From positions 35,543-99,542 of the forward strand of contig NIVC01003404.1 of assembly GCA_002269645.1 (NCBI GenBank): 64,000 nucleotides of DNA, read 5' to 3'. The position numbers and the translations under genes were made by a program. The stretch is from Macrostomum lignano (taxonomy: Eukaryota). This document shows, piece by piece, positions 11,761 to 23,580 of this stretch (within the stretch, counting starts at the first letter, position 1; each line of letters begins with the position of its first letter). The notes under the pieces were generated by a model. That model was not told the DNA's origin and did no database searches. It saw only the letters and a program-made list of their open reading frames with translations.

Positions 11761-12927
11761 ATGGCGAACTCGTCCGTCGTAAGGATACAATTCTACGCCA
11801 CTCTCAAGGGCGTCTTTGTCGACTGCCTGCCGAATGCGCCAAATCGACGCATATTCTGCCCCATCAGCACAGCCTACGGCATTGTGACCGGCCTGCTGCT
11901 GCCTCTGGTGATCGTGTCCGGACTCTTTGGCAACTGCACCACGGCCTGGATCACGCTGGGTCGCGGTGCAGAGCGCTCCCGGCTAAACGTTTACCGGGGC
12001 GCCATGGCGATTGCTGACAACGCCTCCCTGCTGGTATCTGGCTGCCTTGACCTGCTTCTCACTCGAGGGCTGCCGTGGGTGAGCGGCGGTCGACTGGGCT
12101 TCATCGTGTCAAACTAATCTTCTACAGTTTGCACTGCGCATCGTTTCGTTCAGAAGTGGCTCAGCCTGCAGTCGATGTGCATCTTTCTGGCGATGGTGCT
12201 GGACCGAGCTCTGTGCCTGGCCATGCCGTTTCGCTTCCAAGTTGTGTCGTACCGCACGGACTGGCGAGTTTGTGGTGCAGCTGTCGCGGCTTCATTGGCA
12301 CTGAGCTCCGTCTGTCTGGCTGCGTACGGCTGGGACGAGTTGCAGTTCGGACCCACTGGACCCATGATGACGATCTGCAAAGTTTACTCCAGTATCCAAG
12401 GTGCACTCCGAACCCTGTTGAGTGTATACATGGTGCTTTTCTTGCAGCCTCCGACTCTGCCGATACTCTGCGTGCTGCTCGCGAATTGCTACTTGGTCTT
12501 CAAGCTGGTCGCCATCTTGCGACAGCACCGTCAGCTCTCGACTTGGCTTGGAACAGCTGCTGAGGAAAGAGACAAGATGTCTAACACAATTCTGTGCGTA
12601 GCCATGTCTGTCCTTCTCGCTCTGTGCTCTCTACCGAGTGTTCTAATCATTCTTGCAGTTGAATTTATTCGAGAATATGACACGGTGGCAGATGCTCAGC
12701 TTCTCCGCGCTCTGGTGAGAATTTCGAAAGTAAGCGAGGCGCTGGTCATCTTCAACCAAAGCGGCAACTGGCTGCTTCTGCTCTGGAAGAACCCAAATTA
12801 TCGGCAGCGGTTCGTGACTCTGTTCCGTGTGCAGCGTTGCAGCAATTGCAGGAAAGACTCTGGTCGCTCGGGTCCTACAGATCCAGACTTGCACCAGATA
12901 AACAATTTCGCTAGCCTACAGGCTTGA
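11761..12927 (+). pseudogene. Intronless class A (rhodopsin-like) orphan GPCR with a single in-frame TAA at 12115-12117
   Basis: ORFs 11761-12117 and 12175-12927 share a frame, and the intervening codons read SSTVCTAHRF... Seven hydrophobic segments; TM1 GLFGN, TM2 AIAD, TM3 C..DRALC..MP, ECL2 Cys, TM6 LCSLP, TM7 NQSGN..NPNYR. Confidence 0.8.
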
Positions 12928-13530
12928 CTCCAAGACGGACGGAAACCTTGACTAAATTGAGAAACTAACCGGAATTTATTTTCTTTTGTAGCACATTTTC
13001 GTTGTCTTTAAGTACTTCATTGAATAATACCGTTTGTTTTTGTAAGAATTTTAACAAAAAATGAAAACCTATTTCGAAAATTTAAACAGCGAGGCTCGCT
13101 TTACAAAACGTTCATTTGAACAATACTTTTGTGAAAATATTGAATTGCACTATCGTGGCACAACGAACTATCACAATTTTATGCACAATACTCTTTTTCA
13201 AAATGTAACTAGGACGTAATTGTCGAATCAGATTCGCAGATATACGATCTACTGGATGTACGCTGACAAAGAGATGATTAAATGTATATTCAGTATGCTT
13301 AACTTTTTGCTGTCCTAAAATTTTATATCGACTGAAATAGACAAAACATCAGTTATATTCATAACTTTTTTTGCCCTGGAATATGCTTTGATATGCATAT
13401 TTTTAACTTAAGTTACTGCCAGCAAGGAATTTAGATAAGAGTTAAACCGTGGTGAATGCATGGTAAGAAGCTGGTACAAGCGTATTGTATTGCCTCATTT
13501 TCTTGCCTGTGGATTATGTATGATCAAAGA

Positions 13531-13984
13531 CAGGGCGTTGCCACCGGGGGGGGGACAAGGGGACATGTCCCCCCCAAATAAAAGCCAAGGGGGGACAGGC
13601 CAATGGTTTGTCCCCCCCACCCCACCGTGTGACACGTTGTGGAAAACAATAATTTTGTTTCAGGGCGCCTAAATATAGCACCTGCAGTACTAAAATAAGT
13701 ACCTGCGATGCCAAAATCAGTGCCTGCGGCGCTAAAGTGAGTACCTGCGACGCCAAAATCAGTGCCTGCGGCGCTAAAATGAGTACCTGCGATGCTAAAA
13801 TCAGTGCCTGCGGCGCTAAAGTGAGTACCTACGACGCCAAAATCAGTGCCTGCGGCGCCAAAATGAGCGCTGACAACACCGACTCTCAAAATCGTGTACA
13901 TGTAGGGATTTAGTCAGATGCATGTACATGTAAAATTCTTTGCTTTGCCCCCCCCCCACCAAAAAATCCATGGCGACGCCCCTG
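13531..13984. mobile_element. hAT-like MITE with an internal 21/42-bp higher-order tandem repeat (about 13675-13870)
   Basis: Termini cagggcgttgcca / tggcgacgcccctg; degenerate 8-bp flanks atcaaaga / ataaaaaa; G/C-run subterminal tracts. Confidence 0.65.
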
Positions 13985-14554
13985 ATAAAAAAATCACACG
14001 CTTCACCACACCCTATTAGATCAAGGACAAAGACGGAGTAAATTGCAGAGACGTGTAAGTCTTAAATTAAGTAGCGGCTTAAATCTGGCTCTCGGTCACG
14101 AAGGTTTTAATTAAAAAACGAATCTTAATCTTAGTAATTCTTAAGCTTCTTTCACTAGAAGGTCACTAAAAAAATAAGCGGAGGCGGCAAATGCGGCGAG
14201 ACCCGAGCAGTTTCCGATTTGCCTCGGTGCGCTGCTGTTCGAGAGCTCGACTTCAACATAGTGCAGTTGCTGAACCAGCTAAACCATCTCATCAGATGAT
14301 TCCCATTTCCAAATAAATTTTTCTTCGATATTCAGAGTTTAGCTATTAGACATCATCCTGCTTCATTTGAAGCCATAGTGAAATTAACTTTTGAATGTAT
14401 TTTGACTAGGTGACATTTTTTTCTATCTTTTGCCTAGCAACAACCAAAAATCTTTATTCGACACTGTTGTTGTCATTGCAAGCTGTAACCAGAGTACGAA
14501 TGTTTCCGCATAAGTTAGGCACTTGTATTGCCGAAAAAGTTACAGCTAGAGTGG

Positions 14555-17186
14555 CTAGTTGCAGGCGCCGACCAGCAGTCGTAGCAGCACGAAGCCGTGC
14601 TCACTTTTTATGTTGCCACCCGTGGTAGCCATGCAGTCGATGCCACCGCAGAAAGAGCCGCCGCCGCCTCCGGCGTAACTGCTGCGACTCCCGGCTCCGC
14701 CGCCGCTGTAGCCTCCGCCGGCTCCTGCCGCTCCTTTTATGGCGGCCGCGCCTCCGCCTCCGCCACCGCCGAAGCCGCCGTCAGCTAGGCTGCCTTTTCC
14801 AGCGCTGCCGCCGACCCAGCCGTCGGCGCGACTGCCGCCTCTGTCTCCGTACTCTTTGCGTGTGCGGGCGATGGCGGGCCTGCCAAGCCAGCCGGCTCCA
14901 CAGCCACCAGGGTTTCTATCTTCAGCCGCAGTGCTTTGGTCGTTGCTGCCCGGGTTCCCATTGATGCCTCCGGTGCCCATTTGATTAGGCTGCAACCATT
15001 TAAATCATTAAAGCATTACTTGCAGTAGTAGCTTAGTGCTCATTTTTAAGTTATGGCCTATACAATTTGAACTTGAAAAGCTTCAAAAAAGACAACTTTC
15101 CAAAACGCATCGACTTACATCTTCCGTACCGACAGATCCCGTGCCGTTATTTCCCGCCTCACCTGGTTGTCCTAAAAAGTGAGTCATAGTTGATGATGCA
15201 GAATAAACTATATCTGCGTTAGATGCAGTTTGTCAAGTTGTTGACTGACTGACCTGACTGGTGGTAAAAAAAGTGTCAAATATAAAAATCGATCGACAAC
15301 TCTCACCATCGTACTTATAAGATGCGCCTCCGCCTCCGCCAGCAGCCATCAGCAGACCATTGTCCAATGTCCGGTACACGAAGCTGCCTCCGCCGCCGCC
15401 ACCACCACTAGCGTACTCGTCAGTATGCGCTGTGCCTCCGGCCTGTCCGACAACAATGGATAGCTGAGTGCCCGCGGCCAGAATGACATTGCCAGCGATC
15501 AGGGCTCCTCTACCTCCGTGTTTCTGATCTCTACCAAAGCTGTCGCCACCCTTGGCTCCGGCGGTCTTGACACGATAGCAGCCAGTCACGTTGATTGTCA
15601 TCTGCTGGATGGCGCCATGTCGACCAGTTGAAGCGTCTGAATGGGTAGTTATTATATTCGCTAGTAGAACAATAATGATAGCTCGTACAAGTGCCATTAA
15701 ATCGCACACAACCATATTCAAGTTGATTAATAGTCAATAAAGTAGATAATTCTATTAAATATTAGACAGGATTGAACATTTGAAAGTATATTCACGATTT
15801 TCCTTCATAGAAAAGACAGTAAATAAACTTTCAGAAAGTGATTTTTCCCGTGAAGTTGAATGTTAAAAAATAAGCTGCCACAGCTAAGTAATCGGTACTC
15901 GGTACTCGGTACTCGGTACTCGGTACTCGGTACTCAATACTCGGTACTCGGTAGTCGGTACTCAATACTCGGTACTCGGTACTCGGTACTCAATACTCGG
16001 TACTCGGTACCCGGTCACCCTAATTGGGTTAGAGTGCTCGGTACTCAATACAGGGAGGTGTTTTTGACAATTTTGACAATTTTATCAACTTTAGTGAGCC
16101 TACATGTATGCTGTTAAATTTCTTCACAGCAGAAATCGTACTTCTTTTCTTTTAATTGTCTGAAGAAACGGAACTATTGCAATGCCAAGTCTGTTGTTCA
16201 TTCAGAATTTGCGCTCAATAGAAACTCGAGAGAGCATTGAAAATAAGTCTCACTTGTGAAGAAGCGTCTCACGTGGAATTTAGTGTTCAGGCCCATCAAT
16301 TCATCAAGGTTTTCAATCTTGAGCACTATCGATTGGGCCTCGGTTCCCAAACGTCTCGTCTGGTTACTGCAGACGGACCCAGGCACCTCTGGCACCGTCA
16401 GCAGCAGCCGGCACAGTTTGCTGCTCTTCTGGAACTCCAACGCAACGCAGCCTTTCGCCCGGCACAGCATCAGGCAGCCCTGCTTTGATGCCATCCCGGG
16501 GAAGTTCGACACTTGGCTGCTGATAGACGAGTTGATGACGAGGACTCCTTCGTGTTTTGCGTAACGAGTTTTGTTGCAAGTGGCTGAAAAAATGTTCGAT
16601 GCATGTTCAGTGGCGCAACCAGGGGGGGGGCGGGGGGGGCGGTCGCCCCCCCCCCTTAGGCGGGGGACCGAAAAAAAATCAAAGGGGGGACCAAGCGAAT
16701 TTTCGCCAAAAACAGAGCCACCCCTCCGCCGCCCCCCCCTCCCGGGACTTTACCCACAGAATCCGCCCCCCCCCTTGAAAAATTTCTGGTTGCGCTACTG
16801 TGCATGTTTGAGTGGATTGCTACAAGCGTAATTGCGTTTTGAACGGTATCGGTATAGAATATTATATATAAAAGATTTTCAGTTTCCAATTTTCAGAAAG
16901 CGTTGCTTTAACTCCGCGTTGACAAAGAAGAAGTGCTTTTCTGATAATCAGACAGTGTAGCTTCAAGATGGCAGCTCCTTATGGACCGGATGAGAACTGC
17001 ACAAATCCACCTCTATTGTTCGTACACACGAGCGCAAAAGTTTGCCCCCGCTTAGATAACTTCAGATTTGAGCTACTATCTAATCACGTAAATTAAAAAC
17101 TTAAGAGGCAATTGTAAGATCTTACCGATAACCGGAACAGCGAAAAATTCACACACTAGATGGATAATAATCAATTTCCAAAGCAT
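14555..17186 (-). CDS. Copy C: secreted PAN/Apple + glycine-rich domain protein (B-subtype), 5 exons (17186-17126, 16583-16254, 15636-15307, 15171-15119, 14989-14555), 402 aa
   Basis: GT-AG introns of phase 1,1,1,0 and an open 1209-nt CDS. Signal peptide MLWKLIIIHLVCEFFAVPVIG; TCNKTRYAKHEG..GCLMLCRAKGCVALEF..SKLC; the same glycine-rich motifs as A. Confidence 0.85.
15893..16045. repeat. Heptamer microsatellite (gtactcg)n in intron 2 of copy C; shorter at the homologous sites in B and E
   Basis: Direct periodicity; only a few units at about 8455-8480 and 34855-34925. Confidence 0.9.
16608..16800. mobile_element. hAT-family MITE (193 bp) in intron 1 of copy C
   Basis: 15-bp TIRs cagtggcgcaaccag / ctggttgcgctactg (14/15 match); perfect 8-bp TSD tgcatgtt. 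Confidence 0.9.
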
Positions 17187-19349
17187 ATTTGTGCGAAGCT
17201 TGAACAAATGTCTATGTCTTGAACAAACGGCTTGACACGAGTTGTAAGGAAAGTGGCATTTTAATCCATTAAAGGGGAATACATTAACCTATTTCAGAAA
17301 CTGCATTCTGCATCCAGGATGCTATTGGCTTCAGCTAAGAGCTCGAAAGATACGTCTCCCGCTGTAGCGGCGCTGATTGGCTGTCAGAATTTTGCAGTTT
17401 TTTTGGTCCCAAAACGGTCGAATTTTTTCTTGACACGTTTTTCTATAGAATTAAAGAAATTTTAACTAATAGAAGTATATTTATGGAGCAAAAAATGTGC
17501 AATATCTGGTGTATCATAGACTCTCGCGCCATAGTACGAGTATCTGTAAAGAGCCCCAAGGTGTATGCTTATATATACCTGGTGATTTGAAAGGCAGGGC
17601 CGCTATAAAACCAGTTGAGTGTGTGCCTTCGTACGTATCCGTGTGCGGCTTTCTCAAAACTAAACTATCCAACATGATTGCTGCAGTAATATTACAGTAA
17701 GACCAAAAGTTAATACATAGAGTGTGCGGGTCATCTGGCATCGTGTTTTCTGCTATACTTCACTGAAACTTGAATAATAATCCATACGCCAAAATTCTGC
17801 AAAGCTAAAAGCTAGAAACATCTTCTGTCCTGTCAATAAAAATAAAAAAACTTGATTCAGTGTCTTCCTTTGGTAAAAGCCAGTAATATACACTGTTGAC
17901 TGAATCATGGTAAAAAGCTAGCTTTCTGTCATCTCAAAAATGCGCTGACTGCGTGACGAGCTGAAAGGTTTAAAAACGGTTCCATCAGTGTCATCAGATT
18001 TTCCGACAAGCGACAGAAAACTACAGTAATAGCTCGAATTATGCACAGATACGTCGTAGTTTTGCTCCATCGTTACAATACATGACCATAAACAATTGCT
18101 TTACTATTGATGTACTCATTCAGGTTTAACGTACCAGTAGAGCGTTTTTTACCTCTGGCTGACAGAAAAATGAGAGAAGTAATTTTCAATTGAGGATAAA
18201 ATTAATTAATTCCTTTATTCGGTTCTAAACTACACAAACTTTTGATTGTTAAAGAAGCAACCGACATCATTTAACTTGATCGAATAACTTTTTGGAAGAG
18301 AACGCAAGAAATTCATTATCTATCGAATTCGAAGTATTCTATGTTTATACGCTCGTAATTTAACCATTTTGTAAAAAGTGCACAAATAGTTGTTGGTTCA
18401 GACAAAAGTATGCATGTACGAGTAGTATTGGACAGAGATAAATAATTCACTACACTATAGATAGAGATCATAAAGCTGACGCCTGCTTGTACACCAGCTA
18501 GATTTTTTAAAGCGATGCTACTAAAAACAATTGAAGCATGAAGTTAGAAGAATAGAGTAAAAAATCAAACCCATTTCTTCCTTTATTACTAAAAAGCAGG
18601 ATTATCCTACAAGCTCGCTGATTGCAAAAACTTTCTGAATCAAAGTTGACTTATGTACTGAATCTAGATGGTAGAGAAGGCTTTTACGGTATCTTTGAAA
18701 GCATTAAAATTCTGAGACTTGTTCCCGCGTTTATTGACACATCTGTCTATGAAGAAATTTAGCATGCAAATAGGCTTTGAATGAAGTTTTCACATTCTCA
18801 TTCAGCATATACTGGCATATAGCGCAGAAGCTTGTTTCAATCGGACTTGTTTAACTCTCTACAAAACCGAAAACAAGACTAGTACATACTACAGTATAAA
18901 TATGAAGTATACATAAAGAAAGACTCGCTTCATCCTTCAATATCATATTTGTCATAGCTTTGTTATCTTATACCACAATATATTCTCCATTGAGACTTTT
19001 ATGCTTGCTTGCGTTTAGCAAAACAGCAGATATAAACTTAGTGGGTGTTTGACTTTTTAACTTACATGTAAGTTTAAAATGTTTTTCACATATCTTCTAC
19101 TATGTATGCATAATTAATTAAGCAATCGTACAGCTGACTGGCCGGATGTAAGAAATTTCCTACATGAAACATTAATTGAGCTATCCAACTAAAGTTTGAG
19201 TGATTCAAGCTCTACAAAAGGGGTTTTTGAACATTAGGTAAAAATATTTAACTTTATTAGTCGGGGGGAATTCGGAGCAAGTCAAGGTTGGCTTACGTGT
19301 AATTAGCGAGAATGCAAGCTGTTATGACCACAAGGCAAATTACAATGGT

Positions 19350-19560
19350 ATGCTACTTGTTGAGCAGAATGGGTTCCGGCCCCATCTAGGCACAGTGGCG
19401 CAGATCCAGGCTCTTCGCCGAGTCATCGAGAAAGTGTGGACCCGCCAGTCGAGCCTGATTGCTCTGGAAAGCCTGGAAGGCTTTCGACTACCATAGGTCG
19501 TGAGGGCCGTGCACCCAATGGTGCTTCGTGCGTATAGCGTGCCAAAGCAGCAGATCGGTC
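19350..19560 (+). pseudogene. RTE-like LINE reverse transcriptase fragment
   Basis: EQNGFRPHLGTVAQIQALRRVIE..KAFD..VLRAYSVP across frameshifts. Confidence 0.7.
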
Positions 19561-19800
19561 TCACGACCAGGCAAGACTGACGCAAGCACTCTAAAACGCG
19601 CTGGCTTCGCTTGAGAGAATATCGCTCGTGTTACAGGAAAATCTTCTCAGCTTTTGATCGATATATTCAGCTTGACGTCCAAAATCATGTTAAATATCGC
19701 AGGGTCTTCAACCAGGTGGTCAATCATCAAGTCCGTCTATTAAAACCGAGCGTGAATAAGAACAGTTGATAAATGAAGGTGATAATCAACATGTTTTAAT

Positions 19801-19837
19801 GCCGATGCATTTCGTCCACAATGGACATCGTCAGGGC
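19801..19837 (-). ncRNA. Minimal type I hammerhead ribozyme (Penelope-type)
   Basis: Minus strand GCC-CUGACGA-U-GUCC(auugu)GGAC-GAAA-UGCA-UC^GGC: intact core, stems I and II, palindromic stem III. Confidence 0.75.
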
Positions 19838-20031
19838 TTACCACATACTATAAACACTAGATAGGCCACTCAGGCTAATTTTCACAACATGACAGTTTAT
19901 TCTACTTTCTGCTTAGTAGTGATAAAACATTTTAGCGTTTTTTATATTTAAAAAATTAAAAATCAAGATGAATACAATGCAGCAATTGTATTATGATATT
20001 ATTAGCAAAAATAAACTTTTAACTATAATAT

Positions 20032-20989
20032 TGTAATAGGGTCGATCTTTTATTCTTACTAATAGTAGTTTTAAGCGGGTTTAATGAGCTATTTTTACTC
20101 AGCCAATCAGTGAATTTCCTTGTTTAAATCCCTAAATTGTTTTGTTTTAAATAATCTCAGCCAATGGAGTTTAATACTTTGTTAAAATTTCGTAAACTAT
20201 TTTTGTTATAATTAATTTCAACCAATCAAATTGAGTTTTATCCCCTATATAAACGAAACAATTTACCAAAAATAAAAGTAACTTGCTCTTCCGCGAATCT
20301 TCGCGAGCTCGCTCTCAATCGGAGAAGCAGCGTTTGACATTCAAACCAAAACGTAAGTTAAAACCTGCGAGTCTTAGTTCTTTGTACGAATACAGAACTA
20401 GGGATCAGAATAGGGAGAAACCAGAGGTCGTGGAGACCCAGAACTAGGGATCAGAATAGAGAGAAACCAGAGGTCGTGGAGACCCAGAACTAGGGATCTG
20501 AATAGGGAGAAACCAGAGGTCGTGGAGACCCAGAACTAGGGATCTGAATAGGGAGAAACTAGAGGTCGTGGAGATCCAAGATAGAGGTCTAAAAATAAGG
20601 AGAAATTTAAGGTCGTACAGACTCTAAGAAAGCCGTACTGGCTAATAATAGGTATTAGGCGCTAGGAGATTAGGCATTAGCTACTGCTGGACACCCTTGA
20701 TCCTCGGAAAACGCTAGGCTTTCGGACTAAACTAGGGAATTAGACAGTGTCTTACCGCTCGGGCACTACACGCTATCACAAGGTTTCCGAGAAATCGTGT
20801 GAAATTAGAGAAAGGTCATAGTTTAGGGCAGCCAATACTACTAGAAATAGGCAGCTTAGTGATAAGAACCAGAAAGTCTGTAAAGACTCGGTGGCTTTAC
20901 GGTGAAATCGCAGTTAGGAACGATTACGTCTGCGACAACTTGGTGACATCTAGTGGGATCTAGAAGAAGGAGGAAACACGTCTGTGACA
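20032..20989 (+). mobile_element. Solo LTR (958 bp) with an internal 46-bp tandem repeat (about 4.5 copies, 20393-20620)
   Basis: TG...CA ends, 4-bp TSD ATAT, three CCAAT boxes, TATATAAA near 20246 and downstream AATAAA. Confidence 0.75.
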
Positions 20990-21134
20990 ATATCTACGAC
21001 AAAAAGCAATACTGCGAATGCTTTAGATTGCATTGACGGCCATATAATTGCAGTTAACTACTTAGCAAATACAAGCTATTATATACTCCATATTTTTTTA
21101 TCTAAATAGAATGATTTCTCATCAATTAATCAGC

Positions 21135-21905
21135 TCATCGCAGTTTGTGAAACTTTCGCAGCGTGCTGCTCCTGCTCGTCGCTGCTCGCAGGCTTCTCAC
21201 CTCGCAGCGGCACCAATGATGCAGTCGCAGCTGTGCAAACGTGCTGCATACCTGACGCTGCACATGTGCAGCGTGTGAGCTGCACGCCGGCAGTGCAACT
21301 GCTGCAGCTGTGAACAAAGCAGCCAATCGTTTAGCTACCTGCGGCTGCACAATAAAACTGTGCGATTGCGCAACGAAGGCAGCCTCCATCTTGCAGAACT
21401 CACCCAAAGCCGCAGGTGAAGGATGCGTGAGGCCGATGACTGCGTGAGGCAGACGCTTGTGCTGCATGTGACAGCCAGACGGAAGTGACACTGTCAGCTC
21501 CGCCCTGCAGTCGCTGCAGTCCAATACGCCACTCTTTTTCAGCACATAACCAGCTACGTATTCAGTGGCCTCGTTCAGTACTGCATCATCTTGGACAGTA
21601 GCCAGGCCTTCTATCGGTTCGTGCAGCAGCGGGATCGCTGATTCGTTTGAATTGCTGCCAGAGGCTTCACTCGGCGGTGTCCAGTCACTGGTTGCAGCAT
21701 TGCTGTCGTCTCGTCCTACTGATGCGCAAGCTGATGCGCCGGAAGCTGAGATCGCAGCTGAGCAGCCGTCATCCTCACAGTTCCTAGCCGATGAATCCGG
21801 CTTAGAGAGCCCGCCAGCCGCTACTGATCTCAGGGCGCCAATGAAAGCTGACAGTTCGGGTTTTTCATTGAACCTGTTGCGCCCTCTAAGGATGCTGAAG
21901 AGATT
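21135..21905 (-). pseudogene. Last exon (256 aa) of a P-element/THAP9-family transposase, upstream part missing
   Basis: Acceptor ttttcag, then open frame NLFSILRGRNRFNEKPELSAFIGALR..NCEDD..EYVAGYVLKK..CSDC..L..GLTHPS, typical of the P-family C-terminal region. Confidence 0.7.
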
Positions 21906-22075
21906 CTGAAAAGGGATGGCGTTTCACTTTGCTAAAATTGTACTACTCTGTGCACTCTGAAAGTATGATTTAAATGCACTGCCTTTCAGAAGAGTAAAAT
22001 TGCGTTTTTGAAAAAGTGAAATTTCAAAGAAGCTAAACTAGCTAATCATAGAGAATTTCGAAGAACCGAAAAATA

Positions 22076-22352
22076 CGGTTTAGCACTCACTAGGTTGCTT
22101 TGTTTCATAGCTTCAACTGTTCTTAGGCAATGTAGCTCGCTTAATAAACAGCAAATAAATGAAGGTGATTATGAAGGTGATTATCAACATGTTTTAATGC
22201 CGATGCATTAAATGCCGAGTAAAAAATTAAGCACATAACAGTATAAAACATGTTGATTATCATCTTCATTTATTTGTTGTTTATTAAGCGAGCTACATTG
22301 CCTAAGAACAGTTGAAGCTATGAAACAAAGCAGCCTAGTGAGTGCTAAACCG
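22076..22352. repeat. Local foldback: about 110-bp inverted arms with a ~48-bp spacer
   Basis: 22076-22196 is the reverse complement of 22245-22352, apart from a short duplication in the left arm. Confidence 0.85.
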
Positions 22353-23580
22353 ACAAATAAAATTAGGCTTAACATCAATGGTAACGCCAGTTCACTGTTG
22401 AAATACCTTTGAATGATATTTACGGCCACTATACGTGACTCTAGGCGCTTACAAGACACTTCTATTTTTTAATATGCTAAACTTCCTGTTGTATTCAGTT
22501 TTGATATTTTTAATTTTTTGAATTGTGTAATTGTTGGTCGGTTAAATGTTAGTTTAAATTTGTCCAACTGTTGCAGGACTGAAAACAATGACAACTGAGG
22601 AGAACTGGATGGTTCTCAATCCTAGAACCGATAAATTACCATAAGAAGTTTGTTGTTTCTCAGATTGAGAAAGAGTCGAGATCGAAATGCACTTTATGGA
22701 GGTTAATGAAAAAAGAATAATGAATTCTTTCGTATATATTTTAGCAACATCGTAGAAAACCAACATCTGGGTTGGGCAACTGACTATATAGCAAATATAG
22801 GTGCATTGAAGTGTGCAAAGAGTTACAAGCGTGACGTTATGGTCTTGACATAAAGAAACGCATAAGTACGTATACGCATAAGGTAAAAATCGATAGATAG
22901 ATTAACATGGTATAGAATAATGGTATAACTAGATATAGACAAACTATGCTATTGTGAATGTAGGACGGAAAATTTATAGCGGGACATCTATCTTATAAAG
23001 CAATTTTGTTAGACAGTAGTGGAAAGCTAGTACGACTCAATAATTCAATGAAGAAATTCAATCGCTTCAAACTGCATAGCCTTGCTGAAACATTTGGTCG
23101 CCTATAATTTAGGTGCGTCACATATTCACGCTACCGACTAGTCAAACGTACGTAGATTTTCAAAAAAAACGTTTTAAAATTTTCAGATTTAAAAAAAACA
23201 AAAAACAAAAAGAATCTACATTTTTGCGGCTTTAGTAAATAAATGAGTAAAACATTTAGTAAAACATATTTTAGCCATTGATATCTAGACTAATAACATA
23301 TATGCTATTCGCACGCTTCGCACAACCTACGCTTGTGGGTACTATGCTTTGTTCTTAACCGTCCCTTTACCTGCGAATAGCGGTTTCATCTGGCGCTCCT
23401 GTTAACCCCTCGTTAATTTCCCGTTAATTCCTCGAAGGTTCCATTATTATTCGCCCTGTGACACTTTTTGAAGTTTTTGAAGTTTCTAAACAAAGTTCTT
23501 TTTGTTTGGCTTTAGCTGTAATGAGTGTTACTTTTGACCGTCACCCCATGCTCTCCAAATCCCCGATTAATTTCTAGACT

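Noticed and set aside
13524-13901. ORF with GTHFSAAGTDFG repeats as a repeat protein
   Set aside because: Translation of the MITE-internal satellite, with no gene context
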